From: an uncultured Planctomycetota bacterium
GTDB lineage: Bacteria; Planctomycetota; Planctomycetia; Isosphaerales; Isosphaeraceae
Reading direction: 5' to 3'
Assembly (NCBI GenBank): GCA_963845755.1
Contig: CAWJTV010000028.1
Coordinates: 128,001-192,000 of the forward strand
Length of the DNA: 64,000 nucleotides
Part shown: positions 1-11,418 of the stretch, piece by piece
Layout: each line of letters opens with the position of its first letter
How positions within the stretch are numbered: the stretch's first letter is position 1
Position numbers and translations under genes: made by a program
Notes under the pieces: model-generated
The model's input: the letters and a program-made list of their open reading frames with translations, nothing else
Database searches by the model: none
What the model was told of the DNA's origin: nothing

Positions 1-56
1 ATCGCATCGAGCCCGGTTTCTGTGGCATGAGAACCCACAGATCATCAGCGCGACGC

Positions 57-497
57 TCACGCCCGGAATCCGAACCGGCGCAGCAAGCGAGCGAACCGCG
101 GATCGCGTCGCAGGGATTTCAGATCGGGATCACGCCGGAGACGGGTGGCCCATCGGTAGCCCAGTTCCAGGGACCTTTGCAGAGCAAAGAAGCCCGGGTC
201 GATCATCCCCAGGACCGTGTAGCTGCAAGCCAGGTTATACCACGCAATGGCATCCTCGGGCATCAGCCGAACCAACCGGCGATCGAGCTGGAGCGCTCGG
301 CCGTACTGTCCCTTGGCGGCGAGGTTGTTCGCCTGCACCCGCAAAGCATCCGTGAAGAAGGGGTCGCGCTCCAGGAGCCGGCCGAGAAACTCGATTTCGA
401 AGTCGAGCTGGCTTTGCTCGCGCAAACGTCGCGTTGACGTCTCGGGAGAAGGGCGTTCCGAGGATGGTTCGCCCGGACGATCCACTGGTGCGGCCAT
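57..497 (-). CDS. TPR-repeat protein
   Basis: TPR-like helices (AWYNLACSY...ALQRSLELGY) and a C-terminal DPDLKSLRRDPRF motif; ATG at 497 preceded by a GGAGGAG RBS. Confidence 0.8.
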   Translation of the reverse strand: MAAPVDRPGEPSSERPSPETSTRRLREQSQLDFEIEFLGRLLERDPFFTDALRVQANNLAAKGQYGRALQLDRRLVRLMPEDAIAWYNLACSYTVLGMIDPGFFALQRSLELGYRWATRLRRDPDLKSLRRDPRFARLLRRFGFRA

Positions 498-1013
498 CGC
501 AGCGTGACTCCTCCCGACCAGGGTTCCCGCACCCTCTTCCCCGAGCCTCCAGGGAGATCCGGTTGGAGTGTGGCTGATGCCTAATGAATTCAATGCCCGC
601 GGACTCGCGCGAGATGGCCTCGGCCACCCTCTTCGAAAACCCATTCGCTCCAGGAATTCGGGTCCGATCCACTGTCCGTCCCCGACGCGAACGATCCGGG
701 TCTCGGAAGAGTGATGCAGAGAGACTTAGGATAGCCGGAATCGACTCCGGCCGACAAGGTGTCAGGCCCAGGAGCGCCTGTGCCTTCGCGCACTTCCACT
801 CCCCTCATGATAAGGGAAGTCTCACCACGTGACCAGCAGCCAGACACCCGCGACCACTCAAAGCACCTTACCGAAGTCGCTCCAAATGGCACCAGGGGCA
901 TCCCCTGCGGTCCGTCGCCTGGGCTGCCCCTCGCAATCATCCATCATTGTGTAGGAATCAAGTCGGTGCCGCGGAACAAGGGCATGGAGGAGTGTTGCCG
1001 TCGAGGAGGGGGA

Positions 1014-1376
1014 TCAGATATCTTCGAGATCCTCCTCTTCCTCTTCATCATCCAGCTCGTCGAGGTCCTCATCCTCGTCGAAATCGTCGTCCTCCTCATC
1101 AATATCAATATCGTCGATTTCGTCGTCGAGTTCTTCGTCAATCTCTTCCTCGTCCTCGTCGTCGAAATCCTCGTCGTCAAAATCCTCATCCTCGTCGTCG
1201 AAGTCTTCGTCGTCGTCGAGATCCTCGTCGTCGTCGAAGGCTTCATCGTCCACGTCCGCCTCCTCGTCGGGATGGCGCCCGAACAATGGGGGGGGAGAGT
1301 CCAGCCAACCCTCGGACGAAGCGGTGACGGCGGTGGGGTTGGCGACCGTTTCGAGTAGTTCCTGACAGTCCAGCAT
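1014..1376 (-). CDS. Small hyper-acidic (Asp/Glu-rich) hypothetical protein
   Basis: Open frame ending in ~80 aa of D/E with periodic F/L/I; start may be 1376 or 1406. Confidence 0.65.
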   Translation of the reverse strand: MLDCQELLETVANPTAVTASSEGWLDSPPPLFGRHPDEEADVDDEAFDDDEDLDDDEDFDDEDEDFDDEDFDDEDEEEIDEELDDEIDDIDIDEEDDDFDEDEDLDELDDEEEEEDLEDI

Positions 1377-1806
1377 AGAATCAGTCCTCAGACCAAGGGA
1401 GTTCATCGGAGAATCGCCCCTGACCAACGCGCTGCCAATGGCCGATTCGCCCTTGTGTGAACCCGCAACGAGTGAAGGGCGGAGCCATAGTCGTAGTCAG
1501 CCGGGGGCTTCATTGTCAAGTATCGAAATCACGGGGATTCCGACGAACGGAGGCTTGTGGATCCGGCGCGAGCTCAGGCGACCGAAATCATGCAGCTTGG
1601 GGACCTTCAGTTCGCTTGCTAACCGAATTGGTCGGCATGCTCCCCGGGGGACCTTGAGAGTCTCTCCGGGGTTGTTCCATTCCCGTTGGATGAGTCGCCC
1701 AGCAGCCCGACCGGAGAGTACCCCGGTCCGAATTGTGGTCGATCATGACGAGCCCGAAGCGAGCGAGTGACCGCGCCTCCTTTCCGATTCCTATCGGTGT
1801 AATCGT

Positions 1807-2813
1807 TCAGATGAGCCGCACGATCTGTCGAGTGGCGGCGGACCTCGCTACGGCCTCAAGGAGACGTACGGTCTCGAGAGCCTCATCGGCTGGGCAGCAC
1901 AATGCCGTCTGATTCTTCAGAGCGGCAACGAAATCGCTATCGATGGACGCGGTGAGTGGTGCCAGGGGGATCTCGTGAAGGGGAGCGCCGGGCCGATCCT
2001 CCTCGAGAGCTCGGTCGGAGGCGCGCAGCCGCCCCTGTTCGCCGTAATAGTCCAGGACAAACCGGGCTCCGGGCGAGACACCGGAGATCGCCATCGTGAC
2101 GGGTGTGCCGTCAGCCAGGCGGATGGCGGCGGCCGTGACCAGGTCGATGTCAGGGTCGCGCCGATTCTGAATGGCGCCGACTTCAACCGCGACCTGGCCT
2201 GTTGTCCAGAGCAGGGAGTCGATCATGTGGACGCCGGCATCCGCGAGGATGCCTCCGTCGGCCGACTCCGGATCGAAACGCCAGGCGCTATCAGCCCGGC
2301 CGAGCGTGGTCAGCCAGGGTCGGGCGAGCAGGGCGGTAACCAGTCGTAGCGGACCGATTGCACCGGCGGCCAGCCGGCGCCGAGCTTCGACCAGGCTGGG
2401 AGCCAGTCGATACTGATGTCCCACACCGACCTGAAGATTGCGGCCGCGAGCGAGCCCCACGATATCGGCGGCTTCCTGGACACTCGTAGACAGAGGTTTC
2501 TCCATGAACACATGGCACCCCGCCTGGAGGGCGTCCATCGCCAGCCGGTAATGGGACCGGTGCGGGCTGAAGATCCCCAGTGCGTCGGCAGACGTCTGAC
2601 GCATCAGCTCGCGATGATCGGCGAAAGCCAGGACGGTCGCCCCTCCCGAGCCCGTGTGGGTCGCCGCGCAATCGGCCAGCGCCCGCGCCGCCGAGAGATC
2701 GGGGTCCGCGCAGCCAACGATCGCGACCCCATCCAGGGCCAGCAACCGGTCGAGGTGGATCCGCAGGCTGCGCCGCAGCCGGCGATCCCCATTCGCAGCG
2801 CGGATGTCTCCAT
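1807..2813 (-). CDS. Gfo/Idh/MocA family oxidoreductase (frameshift near 2765)
   Basis: N-terminal RMGIAGCG in one frame; HVFMEKP, GHQYR and GGILADAGVHMID in ORF 1807..2745. Confidence 0.85.
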
Positions 2814-3122
2814 GGTCGCCAATCCACCTCTCACAACGCCCCGCTCCCAGGCCTCGGTTCGCCCCTCTCGCACAGGTCGAACGAAGTCGATCCAGCCTGT
2901 TCCCGGGTTGCGGTAAACTGCGGCTTCATCCCAGCAATATCACGGCCTAACGTCAAGAGTCTATCCTGACGTGTCAAGCCCTTCTTTTCAAATTATCTGG
3001 GCCCTATTCTGGCAATAACTCCACCCACACATTCATTGCCCTCGAAGGAGGCCCAGGGAAAAGCTCGCGAGCTCTCGTGACGGAAGGACTTCCATCTCGA
3101 CGATCGAGTTCCGGCGATTACC

Positions 3123-3152
3123 TTGACGCGAACCCGAACCGCGGTTTATCGT
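3123..3152 (+). promoter_or_regulatory. Putative sigma70 promoter of tRNA-His
   Basis: TTGACG-N18-TATCGT just upstream of the tRNA. Confidence 0.5.
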
Positions 3153-3163
3153 GTCGAAATGAT

Positions 3164-3237
3164 GGTGGGTGTGGCCTAGCGGTTAAGGCACCAGATTGTG
3201 GATCTGGATATCGCGGGTTCGAATCCCGTCACCCACC
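3164..3237 (+). tRNA. tRNA-His(GTG); CCA not encoded
   Basis: G-1 plus acceptor stem GTGGGTG/CACCCAC, anticodon arm CCAGA-TTGTGGA-TCTGG, T-loop GGTTCGAATCC, discriminator C. Confidence 0.95.
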
Positions 3238-3673
3238 CTGGTCACAATCGCTAGTGACTGAGGAATCCGGCGTCGTCAAGATCGCAGGTCCGCCAACTTC
3301 GCAGGCAAGAATGACCAGCGCGGAAGTCTCGAGAGCATGTCTGCGTGATTGCTGGCTTTCACGTTTTGCGGATCGTAACCAGCCCGGGATCGCCAGAGAC
3401 TCGTGCGCGGCCCCTTTGTTTGAATAAGGCGCGCGAAGTGACACCAAATTAACGGCCTACCGGATCACCACGATCCCTTCGCAGGACATGCGAGAAACGT
3501 GGTGGCGATGGCTCCTTACAGGTCAAGGCGGCCTGTCCGATCAGCCAAGTCAAGGCGACCTGCCGATCAACATCATCATCCTCCAGTTCCTGACGCACGA
3601 TGCCGGCCGGCAGCAGTGGCGACCTGATGGGTCACCGACCCAAGGATGAGACGGCCCTATCGGTCGCGAAAAC

Positions 3674-6492
3674 ATGACAGAGGACCCCATGGATCCATCA
3701 TCCGCCACCCCGTCCCGGCTCGCGGACCCGGTTCGTCTTCGCGCCCAACTCGGGGTTGGCGTCCTGTTCGCGGCCTCGGGTGCATCGGGCCTGATGCTGG
3801 AGATCGTGTGGTCGCGGATGCTCGTCTGGCTCTTGGGGGCGACGACATGGTCGGTGATGACGATCCTCGTCGCCTTCATGGGTGGGCTGGGACTGGGAGG
3901 GATCCTCTGGGGGCGCTGGTCCGGACGGTCGTCTCGTCCGCTGCGACTCTTCGCCTTGATGGAGCTCGCGATCGGACTTTACAGCCTGGCGGTGCCGATC
4001 CTATTCGAATGGCTTGGCCATGTCTTCGTGATGGCGACCCAGATGGTCGGAGATTCGCCGGGAATCGTGGTGGCTATCCGCGTGATCGCGGCCGTTGCAG
4101 CACTGGCACCGCCGACTCTCCTGATGGGGGGCACCTTGCCGGTCTTGACGCGGTTCGCCGCTCGCCGCGGAGCGGAGCCTGGTCGGGCCGCGGGTTTGCT
4201 GTACGCGGCCAACACGGCGGGGGCGGTGGCTGGCTGCTCGGTGACGGGGTGCCTGCTGATCTTCCGGCTTGGCGTCATCGAGTCGAACCTGGTGGCGGCG
4301 CTGATCGATCTTGGTGTTGGCATCGCGGCGCTGTCCTTGGACCGTTGGGAGGCCGATTCTCCCGTCGATGATAGACCCCCCGGGAATACGCGGATCGCTC
4401 CGGCGGCGGCATGGGGGCGCTGCTTGTCGCCTCGATCTCGGGGTTCTGCGGGCTGGCGTACGAACTCCTCTGGTCTCGCGGCCTGCTGGCGGCCATGACC
4501 GACGATACGACGTATGCGTTCACGCTGATGCTGACGTCGTTTCTCGCCGGGCATGCCCTGGGCGCCACGATGGCTGGCCGGGGGGGTCGAGACCGGCAAG
4601 CCGGCCGCGACTGGGGACGACTGGGCACGGCCCAGATGCTCGCGGCCGCGGCCGCACTGCTTGCCCTACCCCTGCTTGCCATCCTACAGGAGCCGATTAG
4701 CCGGGTGTCGTTCACCGAAGGGATGAGTTTCTGGGGCGGACGGATCCCATTTCACCTGGCGATCAGCCTGGCCGTCTTCGCGCCTTCGGCGGCCTTTCTC
4801 GGGGCGAGCTTCGCGATCGCGGCCCGGCTCTACATCGGCTTCGGGCGGCAGGTGGGCGCGAGCACTGGCCGGCTTTACGGACTGAATACTCTGGCGGCCA
4901 TCGCCGGTGCGATTGTCACCACGGCCTGGCTGATCCCGAACCTGGGCACGCAGGGCGCCGTCATCTTGCTGGCCATCCTCCAGGCGCTCGTCGGTGGACT
5001 GGTGATCCTCTTCTATGGGGAATCGAGGGGAGGTTGGGCACGGCAGCGCCAGCCGCTACCGCCGGATGGGCGATCGTGGTCGCCTTGGCCTGTGGCATCA
5101 ACTATCCTCTATCGCTGACCGATATCTACGCCCGGCAAGAACCCGGCAAGCTCCTGGCGCTCGTTGAAGGGTCGGGGGCGGCCATCACCGTGCATCAGCG
5201 CGGACCGTCTGACCGTGTGATCTCGATCAACGGCGTCAATGTCGCGGGGACGAATCCGATTCTCCGGGCCACTCAGAAACTCCAGGCCCACTTGCCCGTC
5301 TGTCTGCATCCTTCACCCCGCTCGGTGCTGCAGATCGGGTTCGGATCCGGGGGCACTTGCTACTCTCTCAGCCTCCATCCCGAGGTCGAGTCGATCGATG
5401 TCGTCGAACTCAATCCCGACGTGCTCAAGGTCGCCGCAGCATGGTTCCGCGACATCCATCACGGAGTGCTCGACAACCCGCGGGTGCACGCGCGGATCGT
5501 CAACGCCAAGAGCTATGTCGTCGCCAGCGACCGGACCTACGACCTGATCCTTTCCGACTCGACACACCCCCGTTTCCGGGACAACGCCGCGCTTTACGCT
5601 CAGGATTACTTCGCCAACTGCGCGCGTCGCCTCCGTCCCGGCGGTCTCGTCTCGACCTGGCTCCCCCTCTATGGGATGTCGGTTGCGGACATCCAGGGCA
5701 TCCTCAAGAGCATCCAGTCGGTCCTTCCTCACGTCCAGATCTGGTACGCGAACCTCGAACCGCATGAGAACACGATCGTGATCGCATCTCAGGAGCCGAT
5801 CGCCATCACTCCGGATCAATTAGACCGGCGCCTTTCCGAACCGCATGTCGCAGACGACCTGGCCGAAGTGGGGATCGCTTCCACGGTCCAGGTGCTGGAC
5901 TTCTTCATGCTGGGCGATCGCGCGGTCGCCCAGTTCTCCCATTCGGGACGTCTGAACACCGACAACCATCCCCGGCTCGAGTTCCTCGCACCCCGGAGCC
6001 TTCGCCGGAGACAATCCTGGGTCGAGGACTTCGCGGCACTTCGCCAGGCGCACGAGCCGATCGACCCCTATCTCGTGAACGCCGATACCACCTGGCGAGC
6101 CCGGCTGGCGCTGGTACGCCGGGACGACCTGGAAGCTCGCCGGCCAATCCTACGAGCTCGAAAGTCACGTCCCGGACGCTTTGAAGGCGTACTCCCAGGG
6201 CGTACTCCTGAATCCGGAAGATCTCCTTGCCAAGATCCGGCTCGGCCGGCTGCGCCGCGCCCTGGAATCGGTGGGGCCAAAACGCACGGCCCCTGCCGAC
6301 GCTCGTGGCTCACGGGTATTCCGCCCGGTTCCTCCACCTCCTGCCAACGACGCGCCCATCGTAGGGAGCGGGAAAGCAGATTCCCTCGCCGTTATCGGGG
6401 AGGGCGGGGACCGGTGTTTGCACGATCCGGTCGAGATCCGGGAGCGCCTCGCGGGCGAATATCACGCAAAAGGTGTCTTGATAGAGGGGTAG
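3674..6492 (+). CDS. Fused MFS-like membrane/spermidine synthase-like SAM-binding protein (several frameshifts)
   Basis: Two repeats of the SG..GL..E..W.R membrane module (ORFs 3674, 4411), then VLQIGFGSGGT, DVVELNP and YDLILSD (ORF 5034), and a TPR-like tail (6181); 3' end uncertain. Confidence 0.8.
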
Positions 6493-7920
6493 CCAGCCCG
6501 TCTCCTGGCTCAACAGGACGACATCCGGCGACCCGTTCGGGACCAGGACGAGATCGGTGACCGGCCCCGTCCTCAGCAAGGCATCCCAGGCCCCTTCTCC
6601 CCGTGCGAAGTCGCGCGATTGCCGATATGACTCGTCCGGGTAGACGGTCTCGCGCCTTCCGTCGATCGATACCTTCACCGCGGGCCCCAGGTGCCAGATG
6701 ACAAATTCTCCCCAGTCGAACGGGACCGCCATGTTCCCGTGAACCTGGCTTCGCTTCAAGAGCGCCACCGCCCGCGCCGGGAAAGCGAAATAATAGGGCT
6801 CGATTCGGATGCAACCAAATCGCGGGAGAGAGACGCCTATCAGGACCATGGAGGCGACGAAACACGGGGCCACGTACCCACCCGACTTGGGGACGGGCGA
6901 CGATCCGTGCGGTCGCCAGCGATTCCAGGTGTCCGCGATGTGCTCTCCCCCCTGAACAATCAGTGCCAGCGCGAAGAGCGGATAATGCCGATTAGAAAAC
7001 AGAGGGAGAGCCGCCGTGAGGCCAAGGATCAGGGACGGCGCCGGTTTGAGTGGGTGTCGGCTCCCGATCAGTCCCATGACGCCAATGGCCACGAGTCCGA
7101 GATAGAGTATTCCCGGAAAGCTCGACAATCCCAGGGGCGACCACTCGCTGATCTCGGGCCGGGGTACCGTGGCCGTGCGGAGCAGGAACCCCACCAGCTC
7201 GGCTCCGAAGGGGTTGACCAGCAGCGCGAGGACGCAAGTTATCGCCAAGAGTCCCAGGCGGCCGAGATCAACCAGGTATCCGCGCGGAGAGTCCTTGGGA
7301 TTTCGAAGGATCGAGGTGGCCCGCACTGCCATCCAGACACACACGATCCCGACTCCCGCGAGGACGCCGCCATGAAGGTTGACCCACGCCACCAACACGA
7401 CCGGCAACGCCCAGAGGCCCGTCTCACGTCCCGCCTCCGCCCAGTCTAGGAGCAGCAACACTAGAAAAAAGAGAGCATAAGTGAATATTTGAGGACGAAT
7501 CGTGCCCAGGCCCATCCGGAATGGGAGGCAGATGAGCAACAGCAAGAATACCGAAGGCCACGGCCCGAGGCCGCGACAACTCAAATGAACATAGCTGAGC
7601 CCAACGATCACGAGGCTGACGAGTACCTTGAAGGCGATCAGGCCTTGTGGCCCCAAATGGTCGTAGATCACGGCGAAGATCAGCTCCGACAACCACTCGT
7701 GATTGATCCAGGATTGTCCAGCCGTCCGATAAGAGTACGTGTCGGTCTGAATCAACGCACCCGTGCGCAAGATGTCCTGGCCGAACCGGATGTGGCCCCA
7801 AAGGTCGGGATCGGCGACGGTCTCCGAGAACCAGAACAGACAAATGCTTGCAAGCAAAGATGTTGGGCCGAGTGCCAGCCTGGAGTTAGGTCCCGTCCGC
7901 GTTGTTCTTGGCTTTTTCAT
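6310..7920 (-). CDS. Polytopic membrane protein, putative GT-C-type glycosyltransferase
   Basis: DPDLWGHIRFG...WINHEWL loop after TM1, RPQIF, WVNLHGG, ISEW and IDGR motifs, many TM segments. Confidence 0.65.
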   Translation of the reverse strand: MKKPRTTRTGPNSRLALGPTSLLASICLFWFSETVADPDLWGHIRFGQDILRTGALIQTDTYSYRTAGQSWINHEWLSELIFAVIYDHLGPQGLIAFKVLVSLVIVGLSYVHLSCRGLGPWPSVFLLLLICLPFRMGLGTIRPQIFTYALFFLVLLLLDWAEAGRETGLWALPVVLVAWVNLHGGVLAGVGIVCVWMAVRATSILRNPKDSPRGYLVDLGRLGLLAITCVLALLVNPFGAELVGFLLRTATVPRPEISEWSPLGLSSFPGILYLGLVAIGVMGLIGSRHPLKPAPSLILGLTAALPLFSNRHYPLFALALIVQGGEHIADTWNRWRPHGSSPVPKSGGYVAPCFVASMVLIGVSLPRFGCIRIEPYYFAFPARAVALLKRSQVHGNMAVPFDWGEFVIWHLGPAVKVSIDGRRETVYPDESYRQSRDFARGEGAWDALLRTGPVTDLVLVPNGSPDVVLLSQETGWLPLYQDTFCVIFAREALPDLDRIVQTPVPALPDNGEGICFPAPYDGRVVGRRWRNRAEYP

Positions 7921-8430
7921 GGCACTCTGACAGCTTGCAATTCGATGCGAACCTCGGACTAATGAGTCCGAAGGATTTCACTTTAATCGCCGACAAGTAG
8001 TTATTTCTTGAGGATTTAGGTCTATGCGACTCGTAATCGCGGAGAGGACTGTAACCGATCGCTCCCCCGAGGGCTCAGTGAGGATAGGATGGCAGTTGGT
8101 CCCGGGCTCTCCTGGAGCATGTACAAGCGTTACTATCTTTACCATGTTTCCACAGAACGTCGGCACAATCAAGGGAAACAGCAGCGGGACAATAGAGGTG
8201 ATAAACCGCCTTTCTTCTTGCTCTTGGGGATTCCTCAGGAGTATAGTATCGGATCGGACAATGCTCTCCTCTCTGTTGTCCGCGTCATCGTATTCCCATG
8301 GGCCGGAGTTGGTAGTCACCAATCAACACAAAGTCCACGGTTTTTCGTGCCGACGTCGGGACGTACTCCGATGGACAACTGCCGGATTCATCCCATGCTC
8401 CATTTCCTTCCCCTCGACTGGAGGGTCCCG

Positions 8431-9525
8431 ATGCGAACACAGAGGCCCGGCTTCACGTTGATCGAACTCCTGGTGGTGATTGCAATCATCGCTGTCCTGA
8501 TTGCGTTACTCTTGCCGGCCGTGCAGTCGGCGAGAGAGGCAGCCCGCCGCTCCCAATGCACGAACAACCTCAAACAGCTTGGGCTTGCGGTACATAACTA
8601 CATCTCCCAATTCAACGTCCTGCCCCTCCAAACCGTTTATCCGACCGCCCAGGCAATAAGCTGGGGTTGGAGTACGGCTGGCCACTGGCCCTCCTGCCGA
8701 ACCTCGAGCAGGGGACCATGTTCAACGCGTTCAATATTAACTCTGGCATATTCGGCAACTCGTCCACTCCCAATTTTGCATCGCTGGGAAATACGACGGT
8801 CGCCTACATGCAATTGAGCGTCTTGATCTGCCCCTCGGACGGGACTCGTCTCCGTCCCCAGAATCCCTACGGTGCGACCAATTACATGGGGAATCAGGGC
8901 GGGCCCGGCGCGATCCAAGCCTTTACCGGAACGATCGTCCCCACTCCCGGTACCTGGATCAGTGGCTGGGGCGATGCTCAGAACATGGGCCCGGTCGGCG
9001 TGGAGAACATCCGCGACGGCACATCGAGCACCGGCCTGTTCTGCGAGCGATTGCTCGGAATCAACGGTGGCCCGACGGTGCTGCGCTCCTCGATCGATTC
9101 CAGGCGAGCGGTCTACAACGGCACCGTCAGCATGCCCTGGCATACGACTACGCAGGCCCAGCTCATCAATTTCGTTCAAAACTGCAAGAGCCTCCCTGGT
9201 ACCACGGCGTCGGTCACGTCAGCCGGCAGTGGAGGGTACTGGGCCGCCTCTTACCCGTGGCACCTGGTCATCAACGAATACAATCACGTTATCCCTCCGA
9301 ACGGACCGAACTGCCAGAATCCCGCGGAGTATTTCGGCTCCTCCTGGCTAACCTACGTCGGGCCAACCGGCGCGGCGACGCCGAGCAGCAACCACCCTGG
9401 CGGCGTGAACATTTGCATGGCCGATGGACATGTCCAGTTCATCAAGGATTCGGTCGTCTCCGCAGCCTTGGTGGGCGCTGGGTACACGAGCCTTGGGTGA
9501 AACGATCAGCTCGGACAGCTATTGA
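8431..9525 (+). CDS. DUF1559 prepilin-type N-terminal cleavage/methylation domain protein (two frameshifts)
   Basis: [48 protein letters not shown]-terminus; C-terminal [12 protein letters not shown] (H-X9-DG) and GETISSDSY*. Confidence 0.92.
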
Positions 9526-9999
9526 TCATACGACCACCGCCCAACCAGCGATGGACAGCAGCTTCGACTGGCAAAGTTGGGAAGGGCGGTGTTGTGAACC
9601 GGGTTTCTCTGCGGGATCGCGTTTCCTGAACTCGGTCTGGCTGGAACCTTATGACGGAGAGAGAGGCGATCTCGTTTTTTCAGCCTGTCTTCGCGTCGGA
9701 ATCAAGGCAGAGAGCCAGACCGACGTACATTCCTTGATGATGCACGTTCTCCCGAGCTGACCGACGTGACTTGCGGCAAGGCGCGACTGCAGCGAAGTAC
9801 TCAAGGGGTGCCGGAGATGAGACCCGGGTCGCGCCCTCGTCAAGGTCACGCATCACCACACCTGCCGATGTCTTTTTCATCGGGCCCTACGCCGAGTCGA
9901 ACCAAGGCCAAGATGTTCCGCGGCTCTTGAGTATCGACTCCCGAACGGCTCGAGACAATCTGTCCGTGCCTTCTTACTCTTACAACGGATTCGTCTTTC

Positions 10000-10215
10000 A
10001 TGAAGCGGTCTCGTATGTTGATTGCTGGAACCTTGGTGTCGATCGTGATGGCTGGTTGTGACGGTGGAGGGATCCAGGAAGGACCACCCACAACACCAAC
10101 AACCGCGGAAAGTGCACAGCCCAACTCCTTCAAGGATGAAATGCGGAAGAACGCGGAAAAGATGAAGAATAAGAAATCGTCGAGGCCAAAGGCTCCGGCG
10201 CCCGCCGCGGAGTAG
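10000..10215 (+). CDS. Small lipoprotein
   Basis: Basic N-terminus, hydrophobic core and lipobox MAGC; lies downstream of the DUF1559 gene. Confidence 0.75.
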   Translation: MKRSRMLIAGTLVSIVMAGCDGGGIQEGPPTTPTTAESAQPNSFKDEMRKNAEKMKNKKSSRPKAPAPAAE

Positions 10216-10528
10216 AAACTTTCGCCGGGGAATCTTCGCGCTTTTTGCTGGCTGGCGACTCTCCGCAATTCGGAGGGCTCACGAAGCTGTCCTTGGCTCA
10301 TCGCAACCCGATCTACGATCGGGCATCGCGCGGGACGGCTCTCACTCGAAGGACATGGGCCAAATCACCGGCCCATCCGACTCAAGCCTGCGGTCGTTGG
10401 ACCGTGTCGAATCCCCTGAGGAAACAATCTCACAGCCCCATTTGGCCAGCGGAAATCCCGGAGGAATCAGGGAGAGGGATCATGATCGTTCTCAGATCGT
10501 TTCTTCGTTCTTGGAGTGCCCTGGAGCC

Positions 10529-11418
10529 ATGGAAGAATCGAGAACCGAGTCAACGTCCTCGAAGCCGGCCGCCGGCGGTGGCTCGATCGGCTCGGCCCCG
10601 CTTCGGCGAATAATCGGATCGGCGCTCGGCTGGATCTGGGGGATCGCCTTGACCGCGGGAGTCGTGGCTGGCCTCATCTCCTGGGTTGGCGGCGAGATCG
10701 CCCAGAATACTTACCAGCCACGAAGATTCCCGACCGTGGTTCCGGGTGGGGCCATCGAGATGCGTCCCACGGCTTCGTCAACGAATGTTGCCGAGTTCAA
10801 GAATGGAATCCTCATCTTTGCCATCCTCGGCGGCATCACCGGCCTGAGTATGGGGTTGTCAGGTGGTCTGGTCGGCCAGTCGCCGTACCGTGGCATGGTT
10901 GTCGGTCTCGGCGCGCTGGTGTCGGGGATGCTCGTCGGTGCCCTGATCTCCCTGGCCTTGCTTCGATTCTTCTACCGAAGCTATGTGGCCGATCCGAACG
11001 ATTTGTTGTCGCCGATCTTGATCCATGGCGGCATCTGGATGGCCATCGGCGCCGTGGGCGGATTCGCCTTCGCGCTCGGCATGGGCCGATGGCGACGGAT
11101 CCCGGCGGCGATCGATGGCGCGGTCGGCGGCTTCTTTGCCTCGATCCTCTTCCAGACCCTCACCGCGAGTTTCTTTCCCGATGCCGAATCCTTGGGCCCG
11201 TCGCCAGCCCGGCGCCTGTCCGCCTCCTGGCCATGCTCTCGGCCACCGTCCTGATCGCAGCGGGAGCGGCAAAAGGGACCCAGGGCCAAATTTCCCGGCA
11301 CGCCTCCCGCGCAGCCGATCTTGACCGACCCCGGTTCCGGCTGACGTTCCTCATCGTTCCGCGGCATGCGGGCGAATCATTCCCGCCTCTTGTTCGATCG
11401 GTCTTCCCGAGCCGATAG
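10529..11418 (+). CDS. Gly-rich membrane protein (frameshift near 11190)
   Basis: Multiple Gly-rich TM helices in ORF 10355..11254; the last helix continues in frame 10516..11418. Confidence 0.6.

Noticed and set aside
500..1010. Possible ncRNA in the long intergenic region (also 9530-9990)
   Set aside because: No recognisable RNA family motif or convincing structure by eye; a covariance-model search is needed
759..1358. Plus-strand, very hydrophobic 199-aa ORF
   Set aside because: Antisense shadow of the Asp/Glu-codon repeats of the acidic protein
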